From the NCBI GenBank assembly GCA_045649265.1, contig JAZRPO010000059.1, forward strand, positions 80 through 64,079: a stretch of 64,000 nt of DNA, written 5' to 3'. Below, one piece after another: positions 11,779 through 20,992 of the stretch. Source of the DNA: Eubacteriales bacterium (lineage in GTDB: Bacteria; Bacillota; Clostridia; Oscillospirales; JAAYXM01). The notes beneath the pieces are model-generated. The model made no database searches, had not been told where the DNA came from, and worked only from the letters and a program-made list of their open reading frames with translations. The position numbers and the translations under genes are program-made. How positions within the stretch are numbered: position 1 is the stretch's first letter; the number at the start of each line of letters is the position of its first letter.

Positions 11779-13152
11779 TCAATTAATTTCCGGAAACGAT
11801 GCAAAGCTCTTCTGAAGTTCTTCCTCACTCGGAACATAGGTTCCAAGTTCTCCGTTGTGGAATTTTTCATATGCATACATATCAAAATATCCGGTACCTG
11901 TGAGCCCGAAAACAATCGTCTTTTCCTCGCCGGTTTCCTTGCACTTCATAGCCTCGTCAATCGCAACCTTTATAGCGTGTGCGCTCTCCGGAGCCGGAAG
12001 AATTCCCTCTACTCTTGCAAACGCCTCAGCCGCAGTGAATATGTCCTGCTGCGAAACGGTTGTAGCCTCCATTAACCCCTGATTGTAGAGCTCAGAGAGA
12101 GTCGAGTTCATTCCATGGTATCTGAGCCCTCCTGCATGGGTTGCTGCTGGGATAAATCCGCTTCCGAGGGTATACATTTTGGAAAGCGGGCAGACTTTTC
12201 CTGTGTCGCAGTAGTCATAAGCATACCTGCCACGTGTAAGGCTCGGGCACGACTGCGGCTCTACCGCAATGAATCTGTAATCACGCTCGCCGCGAAGCTT
12301 CTCACCCATAAACGGAGCAATCAGACCGCCGAGGTTTGATCCACCGCCTGCGCAACCTATGATTATATCCGCCTTTTCGTTGTATCTGTCGAGAGCTGTC
12401 TTCGTTTCAAGCCCTATAACCGACTGATGCAGCATAACCTGATTGAGAACACTTCCAAGAACGTAGCGGTAACCCTCGTTCTTTCCTGCCGCCTCAACGG
12501 CCTCTGAAATTGCACAGCCAAGGCTTCCTGTTGTGCCCGGATGCTCTGCAAGAATTTTCTTTCCGACCTCTGTTTCCATAGACGGAGAGGGTGTGACCGT
12601 AGCGCCGTATGTCCTCATAACCTCGCGGCGGAAGGGCTTCTGCTCATATGAGCATTTTACCATATAAACCTTACAATCAAGGCCGAAGTATGAGCACGCC
12701 ATCGAAAGTGCAGTTCCCCACTGACCTGCCCCTGTTTCGGTAGTGACTCCTGAAAGCCCCTGCTCCTTTGCATAGTACGCCTGAGCAATCGCCGAGTTGA
12801 GCTTGTGGCTTCCGCTCGTGTTGTTGCCCTCAAACTTGTAATAAATCTTTGCCGGAGTCTGAAGCTTTTCTTCAAGGCAATATGCACGGACAAGGGGAGA
12901 TGGGCGGTACATCTTGTAAAAATCTCTGACTTTCTGCGGAATCTCTATATTTGCATTCTCGTCATCAAGCTCCTGACGAACAAGCTCTTCGCAGAAAACC
13001 TCTGACAGCTTTTCGGCTGTTATGGGCTTTTTCGTTTCGGGGTCAAGAAGCGGTGCGGGCTTTTGCTTCATGTCCGCACGAAGGTTATACCAGAACTTCG
13101 GCATCTCCGATTCTTCAAGGTAAATTTTATAAGGAATTTTTTCGTTTGCCAT
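11779..13152 (-). CDS. trpB: TrpB2-type tryptophan synthase beta-chain homolog (PLP-dependent)
   Basis: 457 aa, the long TrpB-like class. It contains FEGNNTSGSHKLNSA (PLP lysine region) and GCAGGGSNLGG. No trpA is adjacent. SD GAAAGGAG lies 8 nt upstream. Confidence 0.85.
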   Translation of the reverse strand: MANEKIPYKIYLEESEMPKFWYNLRADMKQKPAPLLDPETKKPITAEKLSEVFCEELVRQELDDENANIEIPQKVRDFYKMYRPSPLVRAYCLEEKLQTPAKIYYKFEGNNTSGSHKLNSAIAQAYYAKEQGLSGVTTETGAGQWGTALSMACSYFGLDCKVYMVKCSYEQKPFRREVMRTYGATVTPSPSMETEVGKKILAEHPGTTGSLGCAISEAVEAAGKNEGYRYVLGSVLNQVMLHQSVIGLETKTALDRYNEKADIIIGCAGGGSNLGGLIAPFMGEKLRGERDYRFIAVEPQSCPSLTRGRYAYDYCDTGKVCPLSKMYTLGSGFIPAATHAGGLRYHGMNSTLSELYNQGLMEATTVSQQDIFTAAEAFARVEGILPAPESAHAIKVAIDEAMKCKETGEEKTIVFGLTGTGYFDMYAYEKFHNGELGTYVPSEEELQKSFASFPEIN

Positions 13153-13182
13153 GGTTTTGTCTCCTTTCGTTTTTTAGGGACG

Positions 13183-13430
13183 GAAAAAAGAAAATCCTGT
13201 CCCAGAGCATTTGCTGGGACAGGATAGAAAAACAAATCCTGCGGTGCCACCCGGCTTGACGCAAAAGATGCGCCCACTTTTCGCATACTGACATATGCAG
13301 ACCTTTTTTTACGGAGAGCCACACTCCGTCTCACATACTCGAAAAAATCTTTCTGATCGCCCTCGGAAGCCCATTCAACCCTGCTCTTTCTGCCGCAATC
13401 ACACCATCTGCGACTCTCTTTAAGAAAGGA
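13183..13430 (-). promoter_or_regulatory. T-box leader riboswitch, probable Trp specifier
   Basis: Reading the minus strand: AGAGAG box, GGUGUGA distal motif, and a candidate specifier GAA-UGG-G (UGG = 13373-13371). The T-box core GGGUGGCACCGC lies at about 13238-13258. A terminator follows, ATCCTGTCCCAG-N7-CTGGGACAGGAT plus TTTCTTTTTT (13225-13183). Confidence 0.8.
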
Positions 13431-13467
13431 AACAAGACCTACTTACTCTTCCTCACCAGTTTAGGTT

Positions 13468-13496
13468 ATTATATCACTCTGAAAAAACAGTGTCAA
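13468..13496 (-). promoter_or_regulatory. Consensus sigma-A promoter of the T-box/trpB2 operon
   Basis: On the minus strand, TTGACA (13496-13491), a 17-nt spacer, then TATAAT (13473-13468). Confidence 0.7.
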
Positions 13497-13590
13497 GCAT
13501 TTTTTCTTTTTGACCTTTTGTAAATAAATTTCATTGTATTTCCCCCGGAAAAGTGGTATGATAAAGAAAAGCAAACAGGGGTGTACAAAT

Positions 13591-14250
13591 ATGGACAGGA
13601 GAAAAAAGCTCGGGCTTCCGGAATATACTCTCGGAGAAGAGCTTGTAAATTCAATTTCACATGGTTGCGGTGCTGTATTCGGAATTGTTGCACTCGTTCT
13701 GTGCATCGTTTTTTCCGCCAAAAGTGGAGACGCCTGGAAGATTGTCAGCAGCTCGGTTTACGGTGCATCAATGATTCTTCTGTACACTGTCTCAACTATT
13801 TACCACGCCCTTGGCATAAACCGTGCGAAACGCGTTTTCAGAACGCTTGACCACTGTACTATATATTTTCTGATAGCGGGAACCTATACCCCCTATACTC
13901 TTGTTTCCATGCGTGGCCCGGTAGGCTTCTGGGTTTTCGGGATTATCTGGGCGGCGGCAGCTTGCGGAATTGCTCTTAACGCTGTGAACGTTCATAAATT
14001 CCGTATTGTTTCTATGATCCTCTACATTGCCATGGGCTGGGCGGTCGTTTTTTCCGCCAAAACTCTCTTTGCGACAGTTCCGCTACCGGGAATAATTCTT
14101 CTCATTTCAGGCGGTGTCCTCTATACAATCGGAGCTGTTCTTTACGGAATCGGCAAAACAAAAAAATATATGCATTCCGTTTTCCATTTTCTTGCGCTCG
14201 GCGGAAGTGTGTGCCACTTTATCTCAATTTTTGCCTTTGTTATTCTATAA
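13591..14250 (+). CDS. Hemolysin III / PAQR-family membrane protein
   Basis: Seven hydrophobic segments and the motifs NSISHG, YHALG, DHCTIYFLIAGTYTPY and HSVFHFLALGGSVCHF. I start it at ATG 13591 (MDRRKKLGLPEYT). Confidence 0.85.
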   Translation: MDRRKKLGLPEYTLGEELVNSISHGCGAVFGIVALVLCIVFSAKSGDAWKIVSSSVYGASMILLYTVSTIYHALGINRAKRVFRTLDHCTIYFLIAGTYTPYTLVSMRGPVGFWVFGIIWAAAACGIALNAVNVHKFRIVSMILYIAMGWAVVFSAKTLFATVPLPGIILLISGGVLYTIGAVLYGIGKTKKYMHSVFHFLALGGSVCHFISIFAFVIL

Positions 14251-14644
14251 CATCAACGCTTATGTTCGCTATTCCGTTTTGCTCAAACTCGCGCAGATAG
14301 ATTTCCTTGCGCACAGGGATTTCCTCGGCATCGACTTCTCCCTGCGCGGCATCGCGGTGAGCAAGCTCCTCGGCAAGAATTTCGAAAAACAGGGCATCCT
14401 CATAATCCATGATTGCCTCGTGAATTCCGCCCTCAGAAAACGCAGTTGACGGAAGATATCCCTCCTCCGCAAGCTGACACAAGGGCTCCATACCGCAACG
14501 CATACACTGCGAAAAAACATGGCTTTCAACGCGGTCAAAATCGGGAATTCTGTCGTTTCCGCGCGTAGAGTTCAAAACCCAGTTTCCTATATACACAAGG
14601 TCTAAAAGTCTTCTGAACTGTTTTGTTGTAAATTCAATCTGCAT
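14240..14644 (-). CDS. Hypothetical acidic cytoplasmic protein
   Basis: 134-aa ORF with no family recognised. It is convergent with the hemolysin III gene and overlaps it by 11 nt. Confidence 0.45.
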   Translation of the reverse strand: MQIEFTTKQFRRLLDLVYIGNWVLNSTRGNDRIPDFDRVESHVFSQCMRCGMEPLCQLAEEGYLPSTAFSEGGIHEAIMDYEDALFFEILAEELAHRDAAQGEVDAEEIPVRKEIYLREFEQNGIANISVDVIE

Positions 14645-14754
14645 TTTGTTTCACCATCCATTTAATACTATTCAATTATACAACATATGTTTTCTCTTTT
14701 CCACATATAAATTAACAGGTTAGTTTTATCAAATAAATCGGAGTTGTTTTTAAT

Positions 14755-15807
14755 ATGAGCAAATTGAATCTTGCTATCCTTTTCGGTGGCGCATCAAGTG
14801 AACATGAAGTTTCTCTCCGCTCTGCTGCAAGCGTTCTTTCAAATCTTGACACCGAAAAATATAATATCTCCGTCGTCGGCATAACGCGCGAAGGCGAATG
14901 GTATTATCTCCCGAAAATCACACCTGAGATTATCCAAAAAAACCTTTGGCAAAATCAGGATAAACTTGAATGTACACTATCTCTCAGCCGCAAGAGCCCG
15001 GGGCTTTTTATATTTGAAACCGGGCAGAGGCTGCCCATTGATGTTATCTTTCCCGTTATGCACGGAGAAAATGCTGAGGACGGGCGCCTTCAAGGAGCTT
15101 GCGAGCTTGCAGGGATTCCTTGTGCGGGGCCGGGCTGTGCATCAAGCGTCATTGCTATGGACAAATCGCTTACAAAGCTTGTTGCGGCAACAACCGGAGT
15201 TTTGCAGGCTGATTGGTTAACTGTTACCTCGTCTGAGCTGAACAATAAGGACATTGTCTCTCTCGTTGAGAATAAATTTGAATATCCCGTTTTTGTCAAA
15301 CCTGCGGGGACCGGCTCATCTGTAGGGGCATCCAAGGCAAGCAACCGCGCCGAGCTCTCCGCCGCGCTTGCAGAAGCTCTGAAATACGGCGGCAAGGCTC
15401 TTGTTGAAGAGTTTATTCCCGCCCGCGAAATCGAAACCGCCGCGCTTGGTAACGACAATGTTTCAATCTCTGTCTGCGGCGAAGTCCTCTCTGCTACCGA
15501 AACGTATTCATACGAATCGAAATATATAAACAGCTCATCAAAAACTGTTATTCCGGCGGACCTTCCATGTGATATGTCCGAAAAAATCCGGGGCTTTGCA
15601 GAAAAAATTTATCGTGCTTGCCTATGCCGCGGTATGTCGCGTGTTGACTTTTTTATACATAAAACCACCGGTGAAATTTATTTTAACGAGATAAACACAA
15701 TCCCCGGTTTTACAAACATAAGTATGTATTCAAAGCTTTTTGAGGCATGCGGAATCGGCTTTTCTGAGCTTCTCGATAACATTATTAACTGTGCTATGGA
15801 GGAATAA
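14755..15807 (+). CDS. ddl: D-alanine--D-alanine ligase
   Basis: ATP-grasp Ddl (LAILFGGASSEHEVSLRSA, HGENAEDGRLQG, NEINTIPGFT). Confidence 0.93.
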   Translation: MSKLNLAILFGGASSEHEVSLRSAASVLSNLDTEKYNISVVGITREGEWYYLPKITPEIIQKNLWQNQDKLECTLSLSRKSPGLFIFETGQRLPIDVIFPVMHGENAEDGRLQGACELAGIPCAGPGCASSVIAMDKSLTKLVAATTGVLQADWLTVTSSELNNKDIVSLVENKFEYPVFVKPAGTGSSVGASKASNRAELSAALAEALKYGGKALVEEFIPAREIETAALGNDNVSISVCGEVLSATETYSYESKYINSSSKTVIPADLPCDMSEKIRGFAEKIYRACLCRGMSRVDFFIHKTTGEIYFNEINTIPGFTNISMYSKLFEACGIGFSELLDNIINCAMEE

Positions 15808-15809
15808 TT

Positions 15810-16613
15810 ATGGGTTTGCGTCCCATTGGCGTTTTTGATTCAGGTCTTGGCGGTCTCACAGCGGTTTCAGAAATAATGCGCCTTCTTCCCGGAGAAAATA
15901 TAGTTTACTTCGGCGATACGGCGAGAGTTCCTTACGGAAACCGCTCTACAGAAACGATAACTCGCTATGCCCGGGAAGATATTGAGTTTCTGCGTTCATT
16001 TGATATTAAGGCAATAGTTATGGCATGCGGAACCGTCAGCTCCGTATCTCTTCCTGAAATTGAAAAGGACTATGATATACCTATGTTCGGGGTCGTTAAG
16101 CCTGCGGCAGCGGCTGCCGCCGGAACGACAAAAAACAAAAAAGTCGGAATCATCGGAACGTCTGCAACCATAAACAGCCATTCTTATGAGAGGGAAATTA
16201 AAAATTTGCTTCCCGAAGCCGAGTTTTTTTGCGCTGCGTGCCCATTGCTTGTCCCTCTCGTCGAAAACGGAAGAACAAAGAGCGACGATGTAATTATAAT
16301 GACAATGGTGCGTGAATATCTCATGCCTCTCAAAGAGAAGAATATTGATACATTGATAATGGGCTGCACCCACTACCCCATCATCGAGGAAGCTATCCGA
16401 AACTTTATCGGGGCAGACGTTGCCCTCATAAACCCCGGTCTTGAAGTAGCAAAGATGTTAAAAGCCGATACAAGCATTGTGAAAAACGATGCCGACCGCG
16501 GTGAATATAAGTTTTTTGTTTCTGACGACGTTTGCAGCTTCTCTGAGCACGCATCTGCCTTTCTCGGCGGTGCGCTTTGCGGAGATGTAATGCTTGGTCG
16601 TGCAGGAAGCTGA
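15810..16613 (+). CDS. murI: Glutamate racemase
   Basis: IGVFDSGLGGLT, ACGT(V)SS and GCTHYP catalytic cysteine motifs. Begins 2 nt after ddl. Confidence 0.93.
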   Translation: MGLRPIGVFDSGLGGLTAVSEIMRLLPGENIVYFGDTARVPYGNRSTETITRYAREDIEFLRSFDIKAIVMACGTVSSVSLPEIEKDYDIPMFGVVKPAAAAAAGTTKNKKVGIIGTSATINSHSYEREIKNLLPEAEFFCAACPLLVPLVENGRTKSDDVIIMTMVREYLMPLKEKNIDTLIMGCTHYPIIEEAIRNFIGADVALINPGLEVAKMLKADTSIVKNDADRGEYKFFVSDDVCSFSEHASAFLGGALCGDVMLGRAGS

Positions 16614-16633
16614 GTTTTTTTACGGAGGAAAAT

Positions 16634-17068
16634 ATGAAAAAGGATGTTATAATAACCATTCGCGGTCTCCAAAGCTTTGAGGACAGCGGGGATGACAGTG
16701 TTGAGCTTGTGACAAGCGGCAGGTTCTATGAAAAGAACGGAAGCTATTATGTTTCATATAAAGAAAGTGAGCTCACAGGCCTTGGAGATACTACAACAAC
16801 CGTAAAAATTGAAAAAAACAAAGTTAGCGTTATCCGCTTCGGTGAGCTTGAAACCCACCTTATTTTTGAAGAGGGAAAAAAGCATATTTCATACTATGAT
16901 ATGGGTTTTGGCGCTCTCACCGTCGGGATAAGCACAAAAAGCATTGAAAAATCTCTCTCGGAAAACGGCGGCAGAATGAAAATTGACTATGCAATGGAAA
17001 TCAATAACGCCGTTGCAGGAGAAAGCGCCTTGTGCATGGATATCAAAGCTACCGGCATTTCAAACTAA
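16634..17068 (+). CDS. DUF1934 (YwiB-like) beta-barrel protein
   Basis: I start it at ATG 16634 with SD GGAGGA. The sequence pattern (GRFYEKNGSYYVSYKE, VIRFGE, YYDMGFGALTVGI) is typical of DUF1934. Confidence 0.6.
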   Translation: MKKDVIITIRGLQSFEDSGDDSVELVTSGRFYEKNGSYYVSYKESELTGLGDTTTTVKIEKNKVSVIRFGELETHLIFEEGKKHISYYDMGFGALTVGISTKSIEKSLSENGGRMKIDYAMEINNAVAGESALCMDIKATGISN

Positions 17069-17095
17069 TGATTTTTTTAAACGGAGGAAAAACAA

Positions 17096-18589
17096 ATGAA
17101 AAGAACATTTGCAAAGAAAACAGCGCTTCTTCTCGCCCTCGTTTTTGCTCTCTCTTCCTTTGCTTTTGCGGCGGAAATTGACTACGGAGCAGCGCTTGAT
17201 GAGGCAATAGAGCTGTACCGTTCTCACAGTCTGTTCGGCAATCCCGATACGGACTACATACGCGATGCGCTTGTTGAAACCTTTGAGGATGACCCGGATT
17301 TCTTCTACGAGTTCATGAGCAAAATCTATGAAAAGAATGACCGCTATTCGCATTATATGGCTCCGCAGAAATATGACGTTGCCTACGGAAGCACGAACAC
17401 AATGGTCGGAATAGGCGTTACAATTACGGCAGGCACGGAGGAGGATCCCCTGCTCACTATCAGGAGCGTGGTTCAAAACGGTCCGGCAGCTCTTGCGGGG
17501 CTTCGCGCCGGAGACAAGCTCCTCACTGTTGACGGCATAAGCGTAAAAGGCTTTCTTCCCGCCGAAGCAGCTCTCGCTGTCCGTGGAAAGGCTGGCACCT
17601 TTGTTGACGTCACGGTTCTGCGCGATTCAGCAACGCTTTCATTGAAAATCAAGCGCGACGTTGTTTCTCTTTCGCAGGTTGACTCTTATATAACAGAGGA
17701 TAATATAGGATATCTTAAGCTAATGGCCTTTGACGGCATCCCCACCTTCATTGACTTTGCGGAGGCATACGACAAATTCAAGGAAGCCGAAGTAAATACC
17801 GTGGTTCTTGATTTGCGCGATAACCGTGGCGGAGATCTTGGTTGCTTTGTCAATATTATGGACAGAATCATCCCGAAAAAAGGTGTTCCGTATCTTATGA
17901 CATGGCAGGCAAACCCGCTTAAAGTTCAGGTCTTCCAGTCAGAAGGGTTTGGCCGGGAATTTAATAAGTTTGTCATTCTTGTAAATGAGAATACAGCATC
18001 CGCAGCAGAGCTTATGGCAGGCTCGTTGCAGGATCTCGGTTATGCAGTTGTTGTCGGAAAAAACACCTTCGGCAAAGGCATGGGGCAAATGCATATAGAG
18101 ACAAGCACAGGCGATGAGGCCGTTATTACAACGATTGACCTCAAGCTCCCCGTGAGCGGCAGTTATGACGGCATCGGCATCAAGCCTGATTACAATGTTG
18201 ATATAACGATTTCACCCTATAAGCTTCCCCGCCTCACCGCACTTGTGAAGAAGTCTGCGGCAAGCAAAATCAAGCCTGCAAACGTAAAGGCTATTGAGGA
18301 AAGGCTTCAGCTTCTCGGCTATTTCTTCCAAACTCCTGACAGCACCTGGGATGAGCACACGGTTTTTGCTATCAATATGTTCTGTCGCGACCAAAATCTC
18401 CCCGCAGTTTACTCGGCATGCAGCTGGGAGCTCATTGAGAAAATAGACGAGGAAACAAGCAAGCTCGAAGAAAAAAGCCTTCTCCGAGACACTCAGCTTG
18501 ACCGCGCAATGAAAATTGCAAGTGATTTTTCAAAATCCGACAAAAAAGCCGAGTGTATTGACATTAATTCCATAGATTTCAGAAGATAA
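17096..18589 (+). CDS. Secreted S41 C-terminal processing peptidase with a C-terminal peptidoglycan-binding domain
   Basis: Signal peptide, PDZ (GPAALAGLRAGDKLLTVDG), S41 core (LDLRDNRGGDL, NENTASAAE, GKNTFGKG) and a PG_binding_1-like tail (IEERLQLLGYF). Confidence 0.85.
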   Translation: MKRTFAKKTALLLALVFALSSFAFAAEIDYGAALDEAIELYRSHSLFGNPDTDYIRDALVETFEDDPDFFYEFMSKIYEKNDRYSHYMAPQKYDVAYGSTNTMVGIGVTITAGTEEDPLLTIRSVVQNGPAALAGLRAGDKLLTVDGISVKGFLPAEAALAVRGKAGTFVDVTVLRDSATLSLKIKRDVVSLSQVDSYITEDNIGYLKLMAFDGIPTFIDFAEAYDKFKEAEVNTVVLDLRDNRGGDLGCFVNIMDRIIPKKGVPYLMTWQANPLKVQVFQSEGFGREFNKFVILVNENTASAAELMAGSLQDLGYAVVVGKNTFGKGMGQMHIETSTGDEAVITTIDLKLPVSGSYDGIGIKPDYNVDITISPYKLPRLTALVKKSAASKIKPANVKAIEERLQLLGYFFQTPDSTWDEHTVFAINMFCRDQNLPAVYSACSWELIEKIDEETSKLEEKSLLRDTQLDRAMKIASDFSKSDKKAECIDINSIDFRR

Positions 18590-18611
18590 TCAAAGTTTTT
18601 TGCAAAAAAAC

Positions 18612-18640
18612 TTGCATTTTAAATGAACATATGCTATACT
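18612..18640 (+). promoter_or_regulatory. Sigma-A promoter of the rimP-nusA-infB operon
   Basis: TTGCAT (18612-18617), a 17-nt spacer, then TATACT (18635-18640). Confidence 0.7.
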
Positions 18641-18716
18641 CAGCTATAGTAGGTATGTTAGATTTCGAGAGTGGACAAAGGCGTCCACTCTCGTACTACT
18701 TGTAAGGGGTGTTTTT

Positions 18717-19172
18717 TTGAATAAACTTACTGAAACAATCGCACAGCTTGCGTTCCCGGTAGCCGAAAAATTAGGGCTTGAAATATGGGATGTCGAGTAT
18801 GTCAAAGAGGGCGGCGAAAGATATCTTCGTGTCTATATTGACCGTGATGGCGGCGTTTCTATAGACGACTGCGAAAGCTTTTCGCGCGCATTTGACAAAA
18901 TTCTTGATGATGCTGACCCCATTGAGGACTCCTATATTTTTGAGGTTTCGAGCGCAGGGCTTGAAAGGCGGCTTTACCGCCCATCCGATTTTGAGAGATA
19001 TATGGGAAGCCCGGTTACCCTCAAAACCTTTTCCCCGAAAAACGGAAAAAAGGAGTTTTGCGGAACTCTCGCATCATACAGTGACGGGAACATCTCACTC
19101 ACCACAGACGATGGAGAAATTGCCTTTGACAAAAAGGAGATTGCTTCCGTAAGACTTCGGATTGAATTTTAA
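18717..19172 (+). CDS. rimP: Ribosome maturation factor RimP
   Basis: 151 aa with TTG start and SD AAGGGGTG. Motifs LEIWDVEYVKEGGERYLRVYID and EVSSAGLERRL. Precedes nusA. Confidence 0.9.
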   Translation: MNKLTETIAQLAFPVAEKLGLEIWDVEYVKEGGERYLRVYIDRDGGVSIDDCESFSRAFDKILDDADPIEDSYIFEVSSAGLERRLYRPSDFERYMGSPVTLKTFSPKNGKKEFCGTLASYSDGNISLTTDDGEIAFDKKEIASVRLRIEF

Positions 19173-19210
19173 ATAAAAAAACAATTAAAATAAAAGGGGA
19201 CGATTACAAA

Positions 19211-20269
19211 ATGAATGCAGAATTTTTTGCTGCTATTGCGCAGCTTGAAGCGGAAAAGGGCATTCCGCAGGACTATATGCTCGAAAGAGTTACACAGGCT
19301 CTTTTGACAGCGTATAAGCGTGACAATGCAGGCGTTATCGAAAATGTATTTGTCGAGCCCGACGTTGAGAAGAAAGAAATCCGTATGTTTGCAAAAAAGG
19401 TTGTTGTTGAAGCTGTTGAAAATCCTGCGGAAGAAATTGCTCTCGATGATGCAAAAAAGGTTTCCAAAAAAGCAGGCATCGGCGACATTGTGAATGTGGA
19501 TATCTCAACTCGTGATTTTGGCAGAATTGCTGCCCAGACTGCAAAGCTGGTTATAATCCAAGGTATCCGAGAGGCTGAGCGTGGCGTCGTTTTCCGTGAG
19601 TTCACCTCGAAGGAACACGAGCTTCTCACAGCCCTTGTCGTCCGTACCGACCCCAGAAACGGCGGTGCTTCGATTGAAATTTTAGGTTCAAAGGACAAGA
19701 CGGAAATCTACCTTGGCGCAAAGGAGCAGATTCCGGGCGAAGTCCTTCACGAGGGCGACCGCATTAAAATCTACGTCGTAGAGGTTAAACGCTCCGACCG
19801 CGGCCCTCAGATTATAATTTCCAGAACTCATCCGGGCCTTGTCCGCCGTTTATTTGAGATTGAAGTTCCTGAAATTCAGGACGGTACGGTTGAAATCAAG
19901 AGCGTTGCCCGAGAGGCCGGATCTCGAACAAAAATTGCAGTTTCTTCGAACGATGCAAATGTTGACCCCATAGGCGCATGTGTCGGCCCGCACGGCAACC
20001 GTGTTGCTGCAATCGTTGATGAAATCCGCGGTGAAAAAATCGATATTGTAAAATTCTCTGAAGATATAGGCGAATTTGCCGCAGCAGCGCTTGCTCCTGC
20101 AAGTGTAATTTCGGTTGATGCGGATACGGAGGCTCGTACCTGCCGTGTTGTCGTTGCAGATGACCAGCTATCTCTTGCAATCGGCAAAGACGGCCAGAAT
20201 GCCCGCCTCGCTGCAAAGCTTACGGGCTATAAAATCGATATAAAGCCGGCAAGCAGCTCGGCGCTTTAA
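19211..20269 (+). CDS. nusA: Transcription termination/antitermination factor NusA
   Basis: N-terminal domain, S1 domain and two KH domains (RTHPGLVRRLFEIEVPEI, GACVGPHGNRV, LAIGKDGQNARLAAKLTG). Confidence 0.96.
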   Translation: MNAEFFAAIAQLEAEKGIPQDYMLERVTQALLTAYKRDNAGVIENVFVEPDVEKKEIRMFAKKVVVEAVENPAEEIALDDAKKVSKKAGIGDIVNVDISTRDFGRIAAQTAKLVIIQGIREAERGVVFREFTSKEHELLTALVVRTDPRNGGASIEILGSKDKTEIYLGAKEQIPGEVLHEGDRIKIYVVEVKRSDRGPQIIISRTHPGLVRRLFEIEVPEIQDGTVEIKSVAREAGSRTKIAVSSNDANVDPIGACVGPHGNRVAAIVDEIRGEKIDIVKFSEDIGEFAAAALAPASVISVDADTEARTCRVVVADDQLSLAIGKDGQNARLAAKLTGYKIDIKPASSSAL

Positions 20270-20291
20270 ACCATAAGGTGGTATCGGACAT

Positions 20292-20570
20292 ATGCCAAAG
20301 GAAAAGAAAGTACCAAAACGCCTTTGCGTTGCGTGCAGAGAAATGAGGGAAAAGGGAGAGCTCATCCGCATAACAAAATCAAAAGACGGCAAAATTTCTT
20401 TTGACAAAAGCGGAAAAGCTCCCGGAAGAGGCGCATATATATGCAAAAGCATGGAATGCTTGCAAAAAGCTCAGAAGAGCCATGCGCTTGAACGGGCATT
20501 TTCGCAAAGCATAACAGAAGAAATTTATGCCGATCTTCGGTCCTCACTTTCGGAGGTTTGCGATGAATAA
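20292..20570 (+). CDS. ylxR: YlxR/DUF448 RNA-binding protein
   Basis: 92 aa containing RLCVACREMREKGELIRI and PGRGAYIC. Sits in the canonical position after nusA. Confidence 0.85.
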   Translation: MPKEKKVPKRLCVACREMREKGELIRITKSKDGKISFDKSGKAPGRGAYICKSMECLQKAQKSHALERAFSQSITEEIYADLRSSLSEVCDE

Positions 20571-20940
20571 CTCATATCTCGGGCTTTTAGGGCTTGCCCG
20601 CCGAGCAGGGCTGCTTGAAGCCGGCGATGAAGCTTCAAAAGGTGCCATTTCAAAGGGTGTGGCGCGGCTGCTTCTCATAGCTTCGGACGCATCTGACAAA
20701 ACCCGGGAGAGCTTTGAATTTATTGCCCAAACCGCTTCTCTTTCATATATTGTAGTTTCCGAAACCCGCGAGGAGCTCGGCAATGCTCTCGGAAAGCGGC
20801 CTTGCGCAGTTGTTGTTATTTGTGACACAGGCTTCTCTGCTGCGATTTTAAAAAAGCTTGCAGATGGAAACGAAAAGGCAAAAGCTCTTCTCCCTCAATT
20901 TGAGAGAAAGGCAGAACGAGCAAAAAGGCGCAGAAAATAA
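20563..20940 (+). CDS. ylxQ: L7Ae-family (YlxQ-like) RNA-binding protein
   Basis: I start it at ATG 20563 with SD GGAGG 6 nt upstream. Motifs LGLARRAGLLEAG and LLLIASDAS. Overlaps ylxR by 8 nt. Confidence 0.75.
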   Translation: MNNSYLGLLGLARRAGLLEAGDEASKGAISKGVARLLLIASDASDKTRESFEFIAQTASLSYIVVSETREELGNALGKRPCAVVVICDTGFSAAILKKLADGNEKAKALLPQFERKAERAKRRRK

Positions 20941-20992
20941 CTTACAGACAACAGATTGATAAATACGAATTCAGACGGAGGTGGAATACTGT

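Noticed and set aside
13534-13590. Upstream ATG starts for the hemolysin III gene, and similar extensions at 16577, 20527, 25547, 26506, 33144, 43845, 45682, 59960 and 61037
   Set aside because: In each case a downstream start has a better-spaced Shine-Dalgarno sequence and matches the conserved family N-terminus. The extensions overlap upstream genes or intergenic promoters.
18590-18611. The hairpin AAGTTTTTT-GCA-AAAAAACTT after the S41 peptidase gene, as a terminator
   Set aside because: The stem is almost purely A-T with a 3-nt loop, so it has low predicted stability. It may simply be part of the AT-rich promoter-upstream region of rimP.
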